Origin: a virus
Taxonomy: Duplodnaviria > Caudoviricetes
IMG/VR virus record: IMGVR_UViG_3300022865_000009
Span: 1-53,814 of that record
Direction: 5' to 3' (one strand)
Length of the DNA: 53,814 nt
In this document: one piece after another, positions 1-9,716 of the stretch
Numbering within the stretch: position 1 is the stretch's first letter
Layout of the letters: every line of letters begins with the position of its first letter
Made by a program: the position numbers and the translations under genes
Notes under the pieces: generated by a model
What the model was told of the DNA's origin: nothing
The model's input: only the letters and a program-made list of their open reading frames with translations
The model's database searches: none

Positions 1-17
1 AAACAATAAAGGACACA

Positions 18-386
18 ATGCAAAACGCAAAAAAAACAAAAAGCCAAGCAGTAAGCAAGGCAGATGTTAGAGTGCTTAAAGCATACATCAATCAAGCTTA
101 CTTACTTAACAAGTATCAAACGTTAAAATCTGATACTAAAGAAATCGTTAAAGGTATCTTTGATAGACTTAAACAAAATGTTTATATCATTGATAACAGT
201 TCATACATTCAAAAGATTGAACGAACTCAAAGACGATTTGATAGCAAATCATTTATTGAACACGTTAAAACGTGTGGCGATTATAAATTGCAGTTGCTTG
301 TTAATGGCTTCTATAAACAAATAGAAACCCTTGAGTTCAAGCCTTTCAATGATACATTAGAGAAAATAAAGAAAGGGAATAAATAA
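18..386 (+). CDS. Hypothetical phage protein
   Basis: 122-aa ORF, AAGGA SD upstream, coupled to the next ORF by TAATG. Confidence 0.7.
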   Translation: MQNAKKTKSQAVSKADVRVLKAYINQAYLLNKYQTLKSDTKEIVKGIFDRLKQNVYIIDNSSYIQKIERTQRRFDSKSFIEHVKTCGDYKLQLLVNGFYKQIETLEFKPFNDTLEKIKKGNK

Positions 387-679
387 TGCCAGACAATAAC
401 GACAACTTGCCATCAAAGTTATTCACTCAAATGTTGAGTGAAACAATGACCAAAGATATAGATGTGAATAGAGTTCACTCACTACTTAAAGACGACAAGA
501 TGAAGTCTTTAAACTATGAAATATTATATAAGTTCATGGAGAGTGCAGTTGAAGAGTTCATATTGATTAACAATGGCAATCCATTGGTTGATGATTTCCG
601 AACTAGGATATTCGCTAAAATGGGTGATGTGCTTAACCTACTATATGGTAAAGGTATAGACGATAAGGATAAGAACTAA
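386..679 (+). CDS. Hypothetical phage protein
   Basis: 97-aa ORF overlapping the previous stop codon. Confidence 0.7.
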   Translation: MPDNNDNLPSKLFTQMLSETMTKDIDVNRVHSLLKDDKMKSLNYEILYKFMESAVEEFILINNGNPLVDDFRTRIFAKMGDVLNLLYGKGIDDKDKN

Positions 680-689
680 CAGACGCCAC

Positions 690-711
690 GCCTAGCCCTT
701 ACGGGCTAGGC
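690..711. other. GC-rich hairpin (terminator-like or packaging/origin element)
   Basis: Perfect inverted repeat GCCTAGCCC-ttac-GGGCTAGGC just after the stop at 679; no U-tract. Confidence 0.6.
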
Positions 712-859
712 TACCCTACTCAGTACCGATAGAGGTACCAAGCCCAAACCCAAACTCAAACCTACCCAAACCACCCCCCGACCACGTTAGATAGCCCTAG
801 CTTTTACCAGCGTAGCCCTTTACAACCTATTACATACAGGTATAAACTATGAAATACTT

Positions 860-2329
860 ATGTCACACGAATTACTAACAACCGATCAATTACGGGATAA
901 AGTAGAAAAAGTTTTTATTGAACATATTAAATTATGCCAAGACAATTTTTTATATTTTGTTCAATCCGTTTGGCCAGATTTTATTTGTAGAAAGGAAAGG
1001 GACCCAAAAAAATGGGGCCACCATCAACATATAGCGTCTGAATTAACAAAAATTTCAAATGAAAAAGGCGGAAGGCTCATTGTAAATATGCCACCACGTC
1101 ATACAAAATCAGAGTTTGCATCTTATCTATTCCCAGCTTGGATGATTGGTAAATACCCTAAGATGAAGATAATGCAGGTATCTCACAACGCTGAACTTTC
1201 TGGAAGGTTCGGTAGCAAGGTGCGTAATTTAATTGATAGCCAAGAGTACAAACAGATCTTCGGAGATGTTAAACTTCGAGAAGACTCAAAAGCAAAAGGC
1301 AGGTGGGAGACTAACCATGGTGGTGAGTACTTTGCAGCGGGTGTTGGCGGATCTATCACAGGTCGAGGGGCCGATTTGCTTATTATAGATGACCCCCATA
1401 CAGAGCAAGATTCTTTATCTGACTCTGCTATGGAAAGAACTTATGACTGGTATTCTTCGGGACCCAGACAGCGTTTGCAACCAGGAGGATCCATTCTTCT
1501 TGTAATGACTCGTTGGGCTCAAGATGACTTAACCGGTAGACTATTAAAAAATCAATCAGAATTAAAATCAGATCAGTGGAACCTAATTGAATTTCCTGCG
1601 ATCCTAGAAAGTGGTGAACCTGTATGGCCAGAGTATTGGAACAAAGAAGAATTAGATAAAGTAAAAGCATCTATTGCCCCAAGAAACTGGAACGCACAAT
1701 ATATGCAGGACCCAGTCGCAGAAGAGGGAGCTATATTAAAAAGAGAATGGTGGCAACCTTGGAAAGGGCAAGTGCCTAAACTAAAACATATTATTCAAAG
1801 TTATGATACTGCTTTTTCAAAAAAGGAAACTGCTGACTATTCTGCTATTACTACTTGGGGAGTCTTTGAACCTACTCCAGACGAGAACTGTTTAATTTTA
1901 TTAGATGCAGAAAAAGGTCGTTGGGATTTTCCAGAACTAAAAGCAGTAGCTATGGAGGCTTATAAATATTGGGAACCAGAATCTATTATTGTAGAGGCTA
2001 AGGCTAGTGGTCAATCTTTAATCCAAGAACTTAGACGTGCAGGTATTCCTGTACTAGATTTTACTCCAACTAGAGGAAACGATAAGCATTCTAGAGTTAA
2101 TGCTGTAGCCCCTATATTTGAATCAGGGAATGTCTATTATCCTCATGGCGAGAGATTTGCAGAGGAAGTCATTGAGGAATGCGCTGCCTTTCCATATGGC
2201 CAATTTGATGATTATGTCGACAGCACCACCCAAGCTATGTTAAGATACAGACAAGGTAATTTTGTAGCTACATATATGGATGAGCCCGAGCCTATGAGTA
2301 TACCAGGCGAATATAAATATTATGCATAA
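860..2329 (+). CDS. terL: Terminase large subunit
   Basis: Walker A-like MPPRHTKSE, Walker B LLIIDDP, MTRW coupling motif, nuclease motifs SYDTA and DDYVDS. Confidence 0.96.
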   Translation: MSHELLTTDQLRDKVEKVFIEHIKLCQDNFLYFVQSVWPDFICRKERDPKKWGHHQHIASELTKISNEKGGRLIVNMPPRHTKSEFASYLFPAWMIGKYPKMKIMQVSHNAELSGRFGSKVRNLIDSQEYKQIFGDVKLREDSKAKGRWETNHGGEYFAAGVGGSITGRGADLLIIDDPHTEQDSLSDSAMERTYDWYSSGPRQRLQPGGSILLVMTRWAQDDLTGRLLKNQSELKSDQWNLIEFPAILESGEPVWPEYWNKEELDKVKASIAPRNWNAQYMQDPVAEEGAILKREWWQPWKGQVPKLKHIIQSYDTAFSKKETADYSAITTWGVFEPTPDENCLILLDAEKGRWDFPELKAVAMEAYKYWEPESIIVEAKASGQSLIQELRRAGIPVLDFTPTRGNDKHSRVNAVAPIFESGNVYYPHGERFAEEVIEECAAFPYGQFDDYVDSTTQAMLRYRQGNFVATYMDEPEPMSIPGEYKYYA

Positions 2330-2342
2330 ATAGGAGATTAAA

Positions 2343-2537
2343 ATGTCAAAAAAAACAAAAAAAGAAAAAGTTTACAAAGATCCTTTTGCTGCAAGAAAAG
2401 CAGCTGATGATGAAGACAGACAAAATTTAAAAGAAACTAGAGCAGTTGAAGCTAAAGGAATGACTCATGGTGGCGAAGCAGTTACTCAAGGAGTAGGGAT
2501 TGCTATTAAAGGTACAGGCTTTCAAGGAGTCTACTAG
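2343..2537 (+). CDS. Small protein with C-terminal GIAIKGTxFxGVY tag
   Basis: AGGAG SD; C-terminus shared with the next ORF. Confidence 0.75.
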   Translation: MSKKTKKEKVYKDPFAARKAADDEDRQNLKETRAVEAKGMTHGGEAVTQGVGIAIKGTGFQGVY

Positions 2538-2857
2538 TGGTTGATAAAACAAAAAATAAATATAGCTTTGGTGTAGGTTTTAATTTTGATAATAAAAATA
2601 GTTTTCAAAACCAAAAAACTATTGGTGAAAGTGATCTTAAAAAATTATTCACAGAACCTGCTGATGGAGATCTTAGATTAAAAGTAACCAAGTCAAAAAC
2701 TAAACTTGATAAAGAATCTAATATGGTAATTGATCCCACAAAAGGTGAGACTCAACTTGAATTAGGTAAAAACTTTTTGGGTATTAAATTTAAAAAAAAA
2801 TTCTCACAAGGTGGCGGCATAGCTATTAAAGGAACTAAATTTACAGGAGTCTTCTAA
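2537..2857 (+). CDS. Small basic protein with C-terminal GIAIKGTxFxGVF tag
   Basis: GTG start overlapping the TAG stop (TAGTG); shared C-terminus. Confidence 0.75.
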   Translation: MVDKTKNKYSFGVGFNFDNKNSFQNQKTIGESDLKKLFTEPADGDLRLKVTKSKTKLDKESNMVIDPTKGETQLELGKNFLGIKFKKKFSQGGGIAIKGTKFTGVF

Positions 2858-3354
2858 TGGCTATAATACCTATTGTAAACATTGCTATTAAAGGTTACAA
2901 AAAGTTACGACTACTTAAAAAAGGTGCGGATGTAATTAGAGGTACAAGTAAATCAAAAAGCGTATCTTCTGCTCCTGGGAATATATTAAATGATAAGTAC
3001 CAAGGAAGATATTTTTTTGAAAGAGCTAAAACAAAAAAAGCAGATAAAGTTAGGGTTGAAGCCGCTAAAAGTTTTGCTAAAACAAATACTGACCCAACGG
3101 CAACCTGGGGAGTTAAAACCGTTCCTAAGAAAGATAGATTAATGTTAAGAGGTAAACTAACAGCTAGGGAAACTGCTGTGGGTAGAAGATTGTTTGAAAA
3201 ATTTGCACCTAAAAGAAATCCATTTTCATATCCATCACAAAGGCAGGGCAGACTCGGTAGAATTATTGTACCTAAGAGTGCATTAAAAAGATTGAAAGTC
3301 GATAGAAAATTAACTAGAGAAGTAAGAAAAGAACGTAAGGGTGGTTTAATATAA
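2857..3354 (+). CDS. Highly basic hypothetical protein
   Basis: K/R-rich 165 aa, TAATG coupling, ends KERKGGLI. Confidence 0.7.
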   Translation: MAIIPIVNIAIKGYKKLRLLKKGADVIRGTSKSKSVSSAPGNILNDKYQGRYFFERAKTKKADKVRVEAAKSFAKTNTDPTATWGVKTVPKKDRLMLRGKLTARETAVGRRLFEKFAPKRNPFSYPSQRQGRLGRIIVPKSALKRLKVDRKLTREVRKERKGGLI

Positions 3355-5612
3355 TGTCCCAAATAAAACAACCACAAAGCTTTATTGAATCTATCCAACA
3401 AGGAAGTCTTCCTCCGTTAGAGAATAGTCCGGTGGTCGTTGAAACTCCTTATGATGAGAAAGAACCCTCAGCACTTGGAGGACTAGCAGCACTCGGTGCT
3501 ACAATCGTAGGAGCAACTGCACTTGGTAAAAGAATGCCTGGTGTTAGAAATTATTTAAGGCAGATGAGCAAGCCTGCAGCTAAAGTAGATTACTTACCTA
3601 ACAAACCAGTAGGCAATGGTCCAGTACCAACGGCCACTGGACAAGCAACAGACTTAATTGTTCAAACTCCTAAAACAGAATTAGCAGTTATAGGACGATC
3701 TAGATTTGGAGAAGTATTAGATAGACCTCTTAACTTTGGAGCACCTCTACAACCCGGTGGAAGAATATTTGGTTCATCAACTTATGACAGAGCGCTTGAG
3801 GCAAACTTTGATAAAGCTCCAGCAGATAAATGGATTCAATGGTTTAAAGATGCGAACAGAGGAGATTTAACTTATCCTGGTGGACCTTTACAAGGAGTAT
3901 CTAGAAAAGTAAGTCCAGAAGAATTATCTGATTTAAACTTAATTAACTTTGATAAATCAGGTCAACCTATTTCTGGTTTTTTAAAAACAGCTAAAGATCA
4001 AGGACTTGAAATAGATAGGGAATCTGTTTTAAAAATGATTAGACAATCGCCACTTGCTAACATTAAAACATTAAGACTAACTGCAGGTAAAGATCCAGTA
4101 GCAGACTTTGCTACTATTGCAGCAGAAGGAGATGATCTTGCAAGAACTACTGGAATTAATATGAGTGAGTTTCCAGGAGTAGTTAATTCTAATATTAGAA
4201 CAGCTATGAATACTTCAGGTCCAATTAGTTCAGACGATATTACTATGGTACAGACTTCTTTGAGACAAGCAGGAACGGAAGCTGCGGAAGCAGATAGGTC
4301 TAAGTTCTCAAACTTATTAATTAAATACAATCAAGCGGTTGGAAAGTATAATGCATCCTCTGCTAAACCTCCAATGATTCAAGGTGAGCAGGACTTGTAT
4401 AACATGTATCCAAAACATAAAGGTCAGAGAAGTTATCACTTAGATGGAGGAGAAAATTTTACTGAGGATGTTATTTACTATGATGGCCCTATGCCTAATA
4501 TCAATTCACGTAAATTTAAATATGTAGAAGGTAGTCCACACTATTTAGGTAGTTCAAAAAGAGAACTTGCGTTTGCAAGATATGATGACTTACCTAATCC
4601 TAAAATAGGAGTTGGTAAAAGACATATAAGAGTATCTGAAGTTCAATCAGATCTACACTCCCCACAATTTTCATCCGACTCTAGCACTAGAGATAAATAT
4701 TTTAAAAATAAAGTAAGTCCTTTTAACCAAGATGGTAACATTAAAATGTTACAAACAGAAAGAAAAAAACTAGTAGATCAGTTAGCTCCTTATCAAGAAC
4801 TTGGAAGAGGACGTATGGGTTTAACTAGAACTCAATTACAACAAGCAGATAGATTGAAATATAAAATAGATGAATTGGATAGAGGTGCTTTAGCTCAATT
4901 AGTTAAACAAGGTTCTGTTGATAGTACAACAGGAGGTCCTTTCTCTAGATCATATAATGATGTGGTTGTTAAGAACTTACTTCGTTCAATGGCTGAAAGA
5001 GATATTAATGCGATCTCTATTGTACCTTCAAGTATGAACCAGAATATAAAAATGTTTGATGTTGAAAAATTTGGAAATGAAATAAACTATGGATTGCAAA
5101 ATGGTAAAGCTGCTATTTTTAATAAAGCAGATGGACAGATGAAAAAATTAAATAATTATTCTTCTTTGAATGAGTCTTTAAGAAAACAAGCCAGTCAATA
5201 TGGAGCTAAGTTTGAAATGTTTCCTATGCCTAAATCTAATCCTTTAAAAGAATTTAAAATTATCGATGAGATAAGTACTAGTAATAGTTCTAGCTATAGA
5301 ATGGCAGTAGAGAGCGATAGAGCTATTTACAATAGAAAAATAGACAATGACTATATCTTTGATAATCATGTAGGAGCAGCAAATACACAAGCTGAAGCTG
5401 ACAGAATTTTAAGAGCTTACTCTAACGCAGGATCAGTTAGGGGGAACTTAGTTGTTAAACAAATGGGTCCAGATGATCCGGCTAATTATGAGATGGTTCC
5501 AACTTTGATTGCAGACAGCAATGTATTAAAGAAGTTCTTATTGCCTCAAAAGGCTTATATGAATATGGGTGGTTTAGTAGATACTACTAACATTTTTAGA
5601 TCGATATTGTAG
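3354..5612 (+). CDS. Large hypothetical protein, possible internal virion protein
   Basis: 752-aa ORF, N-terminal hydrophobic segment, RVSEVQSD motif, C-terminal YMNMGGLV. Confidence 0.65.
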   Translation: MSQIKQPQSFIESIQQGSLPPLENSPVVVETPYDEKEPSALGGLAALGATIVGATALGKRMPGVRNYLRQMSKPAAKVDYLPNKPVGNGPVPTATGQATDLIVQTPKTELAVIGRSRFGEVLDRPLNFGAPLQPGGRIFGSSTYDRALEANFDKAPADKWIQWFKDANRGDLTYPGGPLQGVSRKVSPEELSDLNLINFDKSGQPISGFLKTAKDQGLEIDRESVLKMIRQSPLANIKTLRLTAGKDPVADFATIAAEGDDLARTTGINMSEFPGVVNSNIRTAMNTSGPISSDDITMVQTSLRQAGTEAAEADRSKFSNLLIKYNQAVGKYNASSAKPPMIQGEQDLYNMYPKHKGQRSYHLDGGENFTEDVIYYDGPMPNINSRKFKYVEGSPHYLGSSKRELAFARYDDLPNPKIGVGKRHIRVSEVQSDLHSPQFSSDSSTRDKYFKNKVSPFNQDGNIKMLQTERKKLVDQLAPYQELGRGRMGLTRTQLQQADRLKYKIDELDRGALAQLVKQGSVDSTTGGPFSRSYNDVVVKNLLRSMAERDINAISIVPSSMNQNIKMFDVEKFGNEINYGLQNGKAAIFNKADGQMKKLNNYSSLNESLRKQASQYGAKFEMFPMPKSNPLKEFKIIDEISTSNSSSYRMAVESDRAIYNRKIDNDYIFDNHVGAANTQAEADRILRAYSNAGSVRGNLVVKQMGPDDPANYEMVPTLIADSNVLKKFLLPQKAYMNMGGLVDTTNIFRSIL

Positions 5613-5667
5613 ATTTATTCGCTCAATTGGTTTACAATCGTAAAAATATACTATAAGGAGATATATT

Positions 5668-6081
5668 ATGAATAAGAAAATTAAAAAAGCTCTTATGGCT
5701 GGTGCTGCAATGTATGGTGCAAGCAAGCTTATGGGTGCAAAAGAAAAAGCTTTACTAGCATCAACTGAAGACGGCAAATCTGCTTCTTCTATGATTACTG
5801 GTGGAAAAGATCTTAATGACTACAATATGAAAAATAGCATTAAGAAAAAAAGTTTATTTCAAAAAATACTAAACATGGGTCCAGGAAAAAATGCTACCTC
5901 TGATAGAGGTGGAACATTAGCAGGACCTACTGGAAAAAAACAAACTTATCAATATACAGGTGCTTTTGGAGATGGTTATTCAGGCGGAGCTATGTACGGT
6001 AAAATGATTAAAGCTAAAGATGGTGTTTACGTTACAGCTAAATGCAAAAACGGCAGAAATAAAGCAACTAAGATAACATAA
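5668..6081 (+). CDS. Basic Gly/Lys-rich hypothetical protein
   Basis: AAGGAG SD; 137 aa. Confidence 0.7.
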   Translation: MNKKIKKALMAGAAMYGASKLMGAKEKALLASTEDGKSASSMITGGKDLNDYNMKNSIKKKSLFQKILNMGPGKNATSDRGGTLAGPTGKKQTYQYTGAFGDGYSGGAMYGKMIKAKDGVYVTAKCKNGRNKATKIT

Positions 6082-6087
6082 TAATTT

Positions 6088-8421
6088 ATGGCTATTGAGG
6101 ACAACAATCCTATCGACAACGAAGAAGAAATTGACGTTGAAGAAGAAGCGACAGTAACATTTGAAGATCCGGAAGATGCAGTAGAAGAAGCTGCTGAACA
6201 GGATTTCTATGCCAACATTGCAGAAGACATGGATGAGAGAGTCCTTAATCAATTATCTTCAGATCTTATTTCCGATTACCAGAAAGACAAAGAGTCAAGA
6301 AAAGATTGGGAAGATGGTTATTTAAAAGGTTTAGATCTTTTAGGTTTTAAATACGTAGAACAGAACAGACCTTTTAGAGGAGCGGCCGGTGTTACTCACC
6401 CCCTTCTTGCAGAAGCAGTAACCCAATTCCAAGCACAAGCATACAAAGAATTATTACCAAGCGATGGTCCAGTTAAGACTCAAGTTCTTGGATTAAAAAC
6501 TGACGAGACTACAGAGCAAGCAAACAGAGTTAAAGATTTCATGAACTATATGATCATGGAAAAAATGGAGGAATATACTCCAGAGTTTGACCAGATGTTA
6601 TTCTATCTTCCACTTGCAGGATCTACTTTTAAAAAAGTTTATTACGATGCAATGTTAGAAAGAGCAGTATCTAAATTTGTACCTGCAGAAGATTTAGTAG
6701 TTCCTTATTACGCAACAGATTTAAAAGAGGCTCCAAGAATTACTCATGTAATAAGACAATCAGAAAACGATTTATTAAAAAAGATGGCTTCGGGTTTCTA
6801 CAGAGAAGTAGAGCTAATGAAGCCTCAAACAAAAGACGACACAATTAAAGATAAGTATCGTTCTCTAGAAGGAACTAAAAAGACAGAGACAGATGACATG
6901 ATGTATTCTATTTTAGAGCTTCATGTAGATTTAGATTTATCGGATTACATTTCAGACAATCAAGAAGATTCACTTGGAATTAAAATTCCTTACATTGTAA
7001 CTATAGAAGAATCGTCTAGAGAAGTTTTATCTATTTATAGAAATTACGTAGAAGGTGACAATAAGTTTGTTAGAAAAGATTACTTCACTCACTTTAAATT
7101 TTTACCAGGTTTAGGTTTTTATGGTTTCGGTTTAATTCATATGATCGGTGGCCTGTCACGAACAGCAACTGCTGCTTTAAGACAATTATTAGATGCAGGA
7201 ACTTTATCTAACTTACCTGCTGGATTTAAATCTAGAGGAATGAAAGTTAGAGACGATGACCAACCTATTCAACCAGGAGAGTTTAGAGATGTAGATGCAC
7301 CGGGTGGAAACATTAGAGATCAGTTTCAATTACTACCTTTCAAAGAACCTTCGCAAACTTTATTTAACCTTATGGGCTTTTGTGTAGATGCAGGAAGAAG
7401 ATTTGCATTAACTACAGACACAGCTGTTGGAGAAGGTAATCAAAATGCTGCTGTTGGAACTACAATTGCTTTAATGGAAAGAGGCAGCAGAGTAATGAGT
7501 GCTATTCATAAGCGTTGTTACTATGCAATGAGACAAGAATTTAAACTTTTATCAAAAGTTATTGCAGAATACCTGCCACCTGAATACCCTTATGCAGTTT
7601 ATGGTGCAGATAGAATAATTAAATCAGTAGATTTTGATGCAAGAGTAGATGTTTTACCTGTTGCAGATCCAAATATATTCTCAATGGCACAAAGAGTGAC
7701 GTTAGCACAGACTCAATTGCAAATTGCACAAACAAATCCACAACTTCATAACCTACATGAAGCTTATACTCGTGTTTATGAAGCCTTAGGAACAAAACAA
7801 ATACCAGAATTACTAAAACCAGAGGTTAAACCTTTTCCAAAAGACCCTGCGATAGAAAATGCAGAGGCTTTACAGATGAAAATAGCTCAAGCGTTCCCAG
7901 AACAAGACCATGATGCCCATATAGCAGCCCATTCAGCGTTTCTAAGAACTAGAATGGTACAAATTAACCCTCCAGTGTATGCTTTACTACAAGGACACAT
8001 ATCTCAACACGTTTCTTTTAAAGCACAGAAGGAAGTAATGGCTATGATGCAACAAGATCAGCAAATGATGATGATGGCACAACAAAATCCACAACAATTT
8101 CAAGTAATGATGGATTCTGAAGTAGCTAAACGTATTGCACAAATAACTTCTGAGTTAGCTCAAGCTGAATCACAGCAAGACGGGGCTAAACAAGACCCTC
8201 TAATTATGTTAAAACAGAGAGAGCTAGATCTTAGAGCAATGGATATGCAAAGAAGAGCAGAAACGGATGCTTTAAGAATTAATAATCAAGATGAACAGTT
8301 TGAAGACAGACTGGATTTTGATAAAGTAAAATTAGAAGTAAATGACGAACAATCTGATGAAAGATTGGAAGTTGCTAGAGAAAAAATGAATATAAAAAAC
8401 AAAGGAGCTAAAAATGGGTAA
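6088..8421 (+). CDS. Portal protein
   Basis: 777 aa after terL; acidic N-terminus, HPLLAEAVTQFQA and LPLAGSTFKKVY segments typical of P22-like portals, Q/M-rich coiled-coil C-terminus. Confidence 0.9.
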   Translation: MAIEDNNPIDNEEEIDVEEEATVTFEDPEDAVEEAAEQDFYANIAEDMDERVLNQLSSDLISDYQKDKESRKDWEDGYLKGLDLLGFKYVEQNRPFRGAAGVTHPLLAEAVTQFQAQAYKELLPSDGPVKTQVLGLKTDETTEQANRVKDFMNYMIMEKMEEYTPEFDQMLFYLPLAGSTFKKVYYDAMLERAVSKFVPAEDLVVPYYATDLKEAPRITHVIRQSENDLLKKMASGFYREVELMKPQTKDDTIKDKYRSLEGTKKTETDDMMYSILELHVDLDLSDYISDNQEDSLGIKIPYIVTIEESSREVLSIYRNYVEGDNKFVRKDYFTHFKFLPGLGFYGFGLIHMIGGLSRTATAALRQLLDAGTLSNLPAGFKSRGMKVRDDDQPIQPGEFRDVDAPGGNIRDQFQLLPFKEPSQTLFNLMGFCVDAGRRFALTTDTAVGEGNQNAAVGTTIALMERGSRVMSAIHKRCYYAMRQEFKLLSKVIAEYLPPEYPYAVYGADRIIKSVDFDARVDVLPVADPNIFSMAQRVTLAQTQLQIAQTNPQLHNLHEAYTRVYEALGTKQIPELLKPEVKPFPKDPAIENAEALQMKIAQAFPEQDHDAHIAAHSAFLRTRMVQINPPVYALLQGHISQHVSFKAQKEVMAMMQQDQQMMMMAQQNPQQFQVMMDSEVAKRIAQITSELAQAESQQDGAKQDPLIMLKQRELDLRAMDMQRRAETDALRINNQDEQFEDRLDFDKVKLEVNDEQSDERLEVAREKMNIKNKGAKNG

Positions 8422-8764
8422 GAAATTAGGATTAGATGCAGCATACGCTAATTTAGGAAAAGGATATTTACAACATCCTGTTATTAATTCAGTTAAACCA
8501 AAACCAAAACCTACTAAAGCAATGTCCGGTGGCATGATGCAAGGTTATGGTGCTGCTAGAACATCTGGAATGGGTTTAGAAGATCAATCTTTGATGCCTG
8601 GTAAAATGACTAAAGCTGCTTTAGGAATATTGGCTATGAAAAAAGCAAAAGATAAAGGTGCTAAAGGACCTGAATTATTATCTCCCGCAGCAATGGCAAG
8701 AAGATTTTTTAATAAAGGTGGAAAAATGACTAAAGCCAAGTATGGTAAACACATAAAAAAATAA
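8414..8764 (+). CDS. Basic hypothetical protein with repeated KAxxG/xxGG motifs
   Basis: AAGGAG SD; KAMSGG, KAALG, FFNKGG, KAKYG. Confidence 0.7.
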   Translation: MGKKLGLDAAYANLGKGYLQHPVINSVKPKPKPTKAMSGGMMQGYGAARTSGMGLEDQSLMPGKMTKAALGILAMKKAKDKGAKGPELLSPAAMARRFFNKGGKMTKAKYGKHIKK

Positions 8765-8937
8765 TGTTTAAGGATAAGCCCCATAAAGTTTCTGGCAAGA
8801 AATTTGGGCCACCACCTAAACGTGGTCCAAACCCACAAGGTTTAAATATGGGAAGTAAAAAAGAAGTAAAAGTAAAAGCAGGTTATCATAAAATGCCTGA
8901 TGGCAGCATTATGAAAAATAGTGCTCATAAAAAATAA
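8764..8937 (+). CDS. 57-aa basic protein (not in ORF track)
   Basis: TAATG coupling; MFKDKPHKVSGKKFGPPPKRGPNPQG...YHKMPDGSIMKNSAHKK; fills the gap. Confidence 0.65.
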   Translation: MFKDKPHKVSGKKFGPPPKRGPNPQGLNMGSKKEVKVKAGYHKMPDGSIMKNSAHKK

Positions 8938-8949
8938 AGGAGCAAAATA

Positions 8950-9327
8950 ATGTGGTTAAGTGCAATTAAACTAGCAATGAATGCTGGTACTCATATTTAC
9001 AAAAATAAGCAACAGACGAAAATGCTTATGTCAGATGCTGCTATGAAACATGCTCAGAAAATGAGTACTGGAGAATTAGAGTATTCTGGAAAATTACTAG
9101 AAGCTAGACAATCAGACTGGAAAGACGAATTTATTTTGGTTTTGCTGTCAATTCCAATCGTAATGTTGGGATGGTCAGTATGGTCAGATAATCCTGTACA
9201 TATGGAAAAAATGGAATTATTCTTTTTTCATTTTGGAAACCTGCCTTTTTGGTATCAAACAATTTTTGTTGGTGTTATTGCGAGTGTCTATGGACTTAAA
9301 GCAACCGATCTGATAAAGAGAAAATAA
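8950..9327 (+). CDS. Putative holin (3TM holin-like membrane protein)
   Basis: AAGGAG SD; WKDE followed by two hydrophobic helices and a basic C-terminus. Confidence 0.6.
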   Translation: MWLSAIKLAMNAGTHIYKNKQQTKMLMSDAAMKHAQKMSTGELEYSGKLLEARQSDWKDEFILVLLSIPIVMLGWSVWSDNPVHMEKMELFFFHFGNLPFWYQTIFVGVIASVYGLKATDLIKRK

Positions 9328-9328
9328 T

Positions 9329-9481
9329 ATGTGGAATTGGATTAAAAAATTATTTACACCTAAAAGACAAGAACCTTTGTTATTAGATAAAGAAGTTACT
9401 GTTGATTATTCTAAGTTAACTAAAGGTGATCTTAAAAAACTACAAGCTCAAGGAAAAATTAAATCTATTTATGATAGATGA
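9329..9481 (+). CDS. 50-aa hypothetical protein (not in ORF track)
   Basis: MWNWIKKLFTPKRQEPLLL...; fills the gap, amphipathic N-terminus. Confidence 0.55.
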   Translation: MWNWIKKLFTPKRQEPLLLDKEVTVDYSKLTKGDLKKLQAQGKIKSIYDR

Positions 9482-9716
9482 CACTGACACAATTGGTCTT
9501 GATTACGGAGTAGTTCGTAGAGTTGCCAATAAAAGAATTGAGTCGCTAAAAGACACTATAGTGCACCAGGTTGACAACCTAGAACAACTTAACTATATTA
9601 GAGGGCAAATCAAAGGCCTAGAGTCTTTGCTTCAGGATCTTAAAGACCTGCAGCTTAAACAGGAGCGACTAAATGACGGAGAACTTAACAACTTCGGGAG
9701 AGACCCCGAAGGTTAA
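9471..9716 (+). CDS. Hypothetical coiled-coil head-module protein
   Basis: LEQLNYIRGQIKGL motif upstream of groES; ATG at 9471 preferred over the GTG at 9426. Confidence 0.65.
   Translation: MIDDTDTIGLDYGVVRRVANKRIESLKDTIVHQVDNLEQLNYIRGQIKGLESLLQDLKDLQLKQERLNDGELNNFGRDPEG

Noticed and set aside
18-679. Either upstream ORF as the terminase small subunit
   Set aside because: No recognisable TerS motif; position alone is not enough
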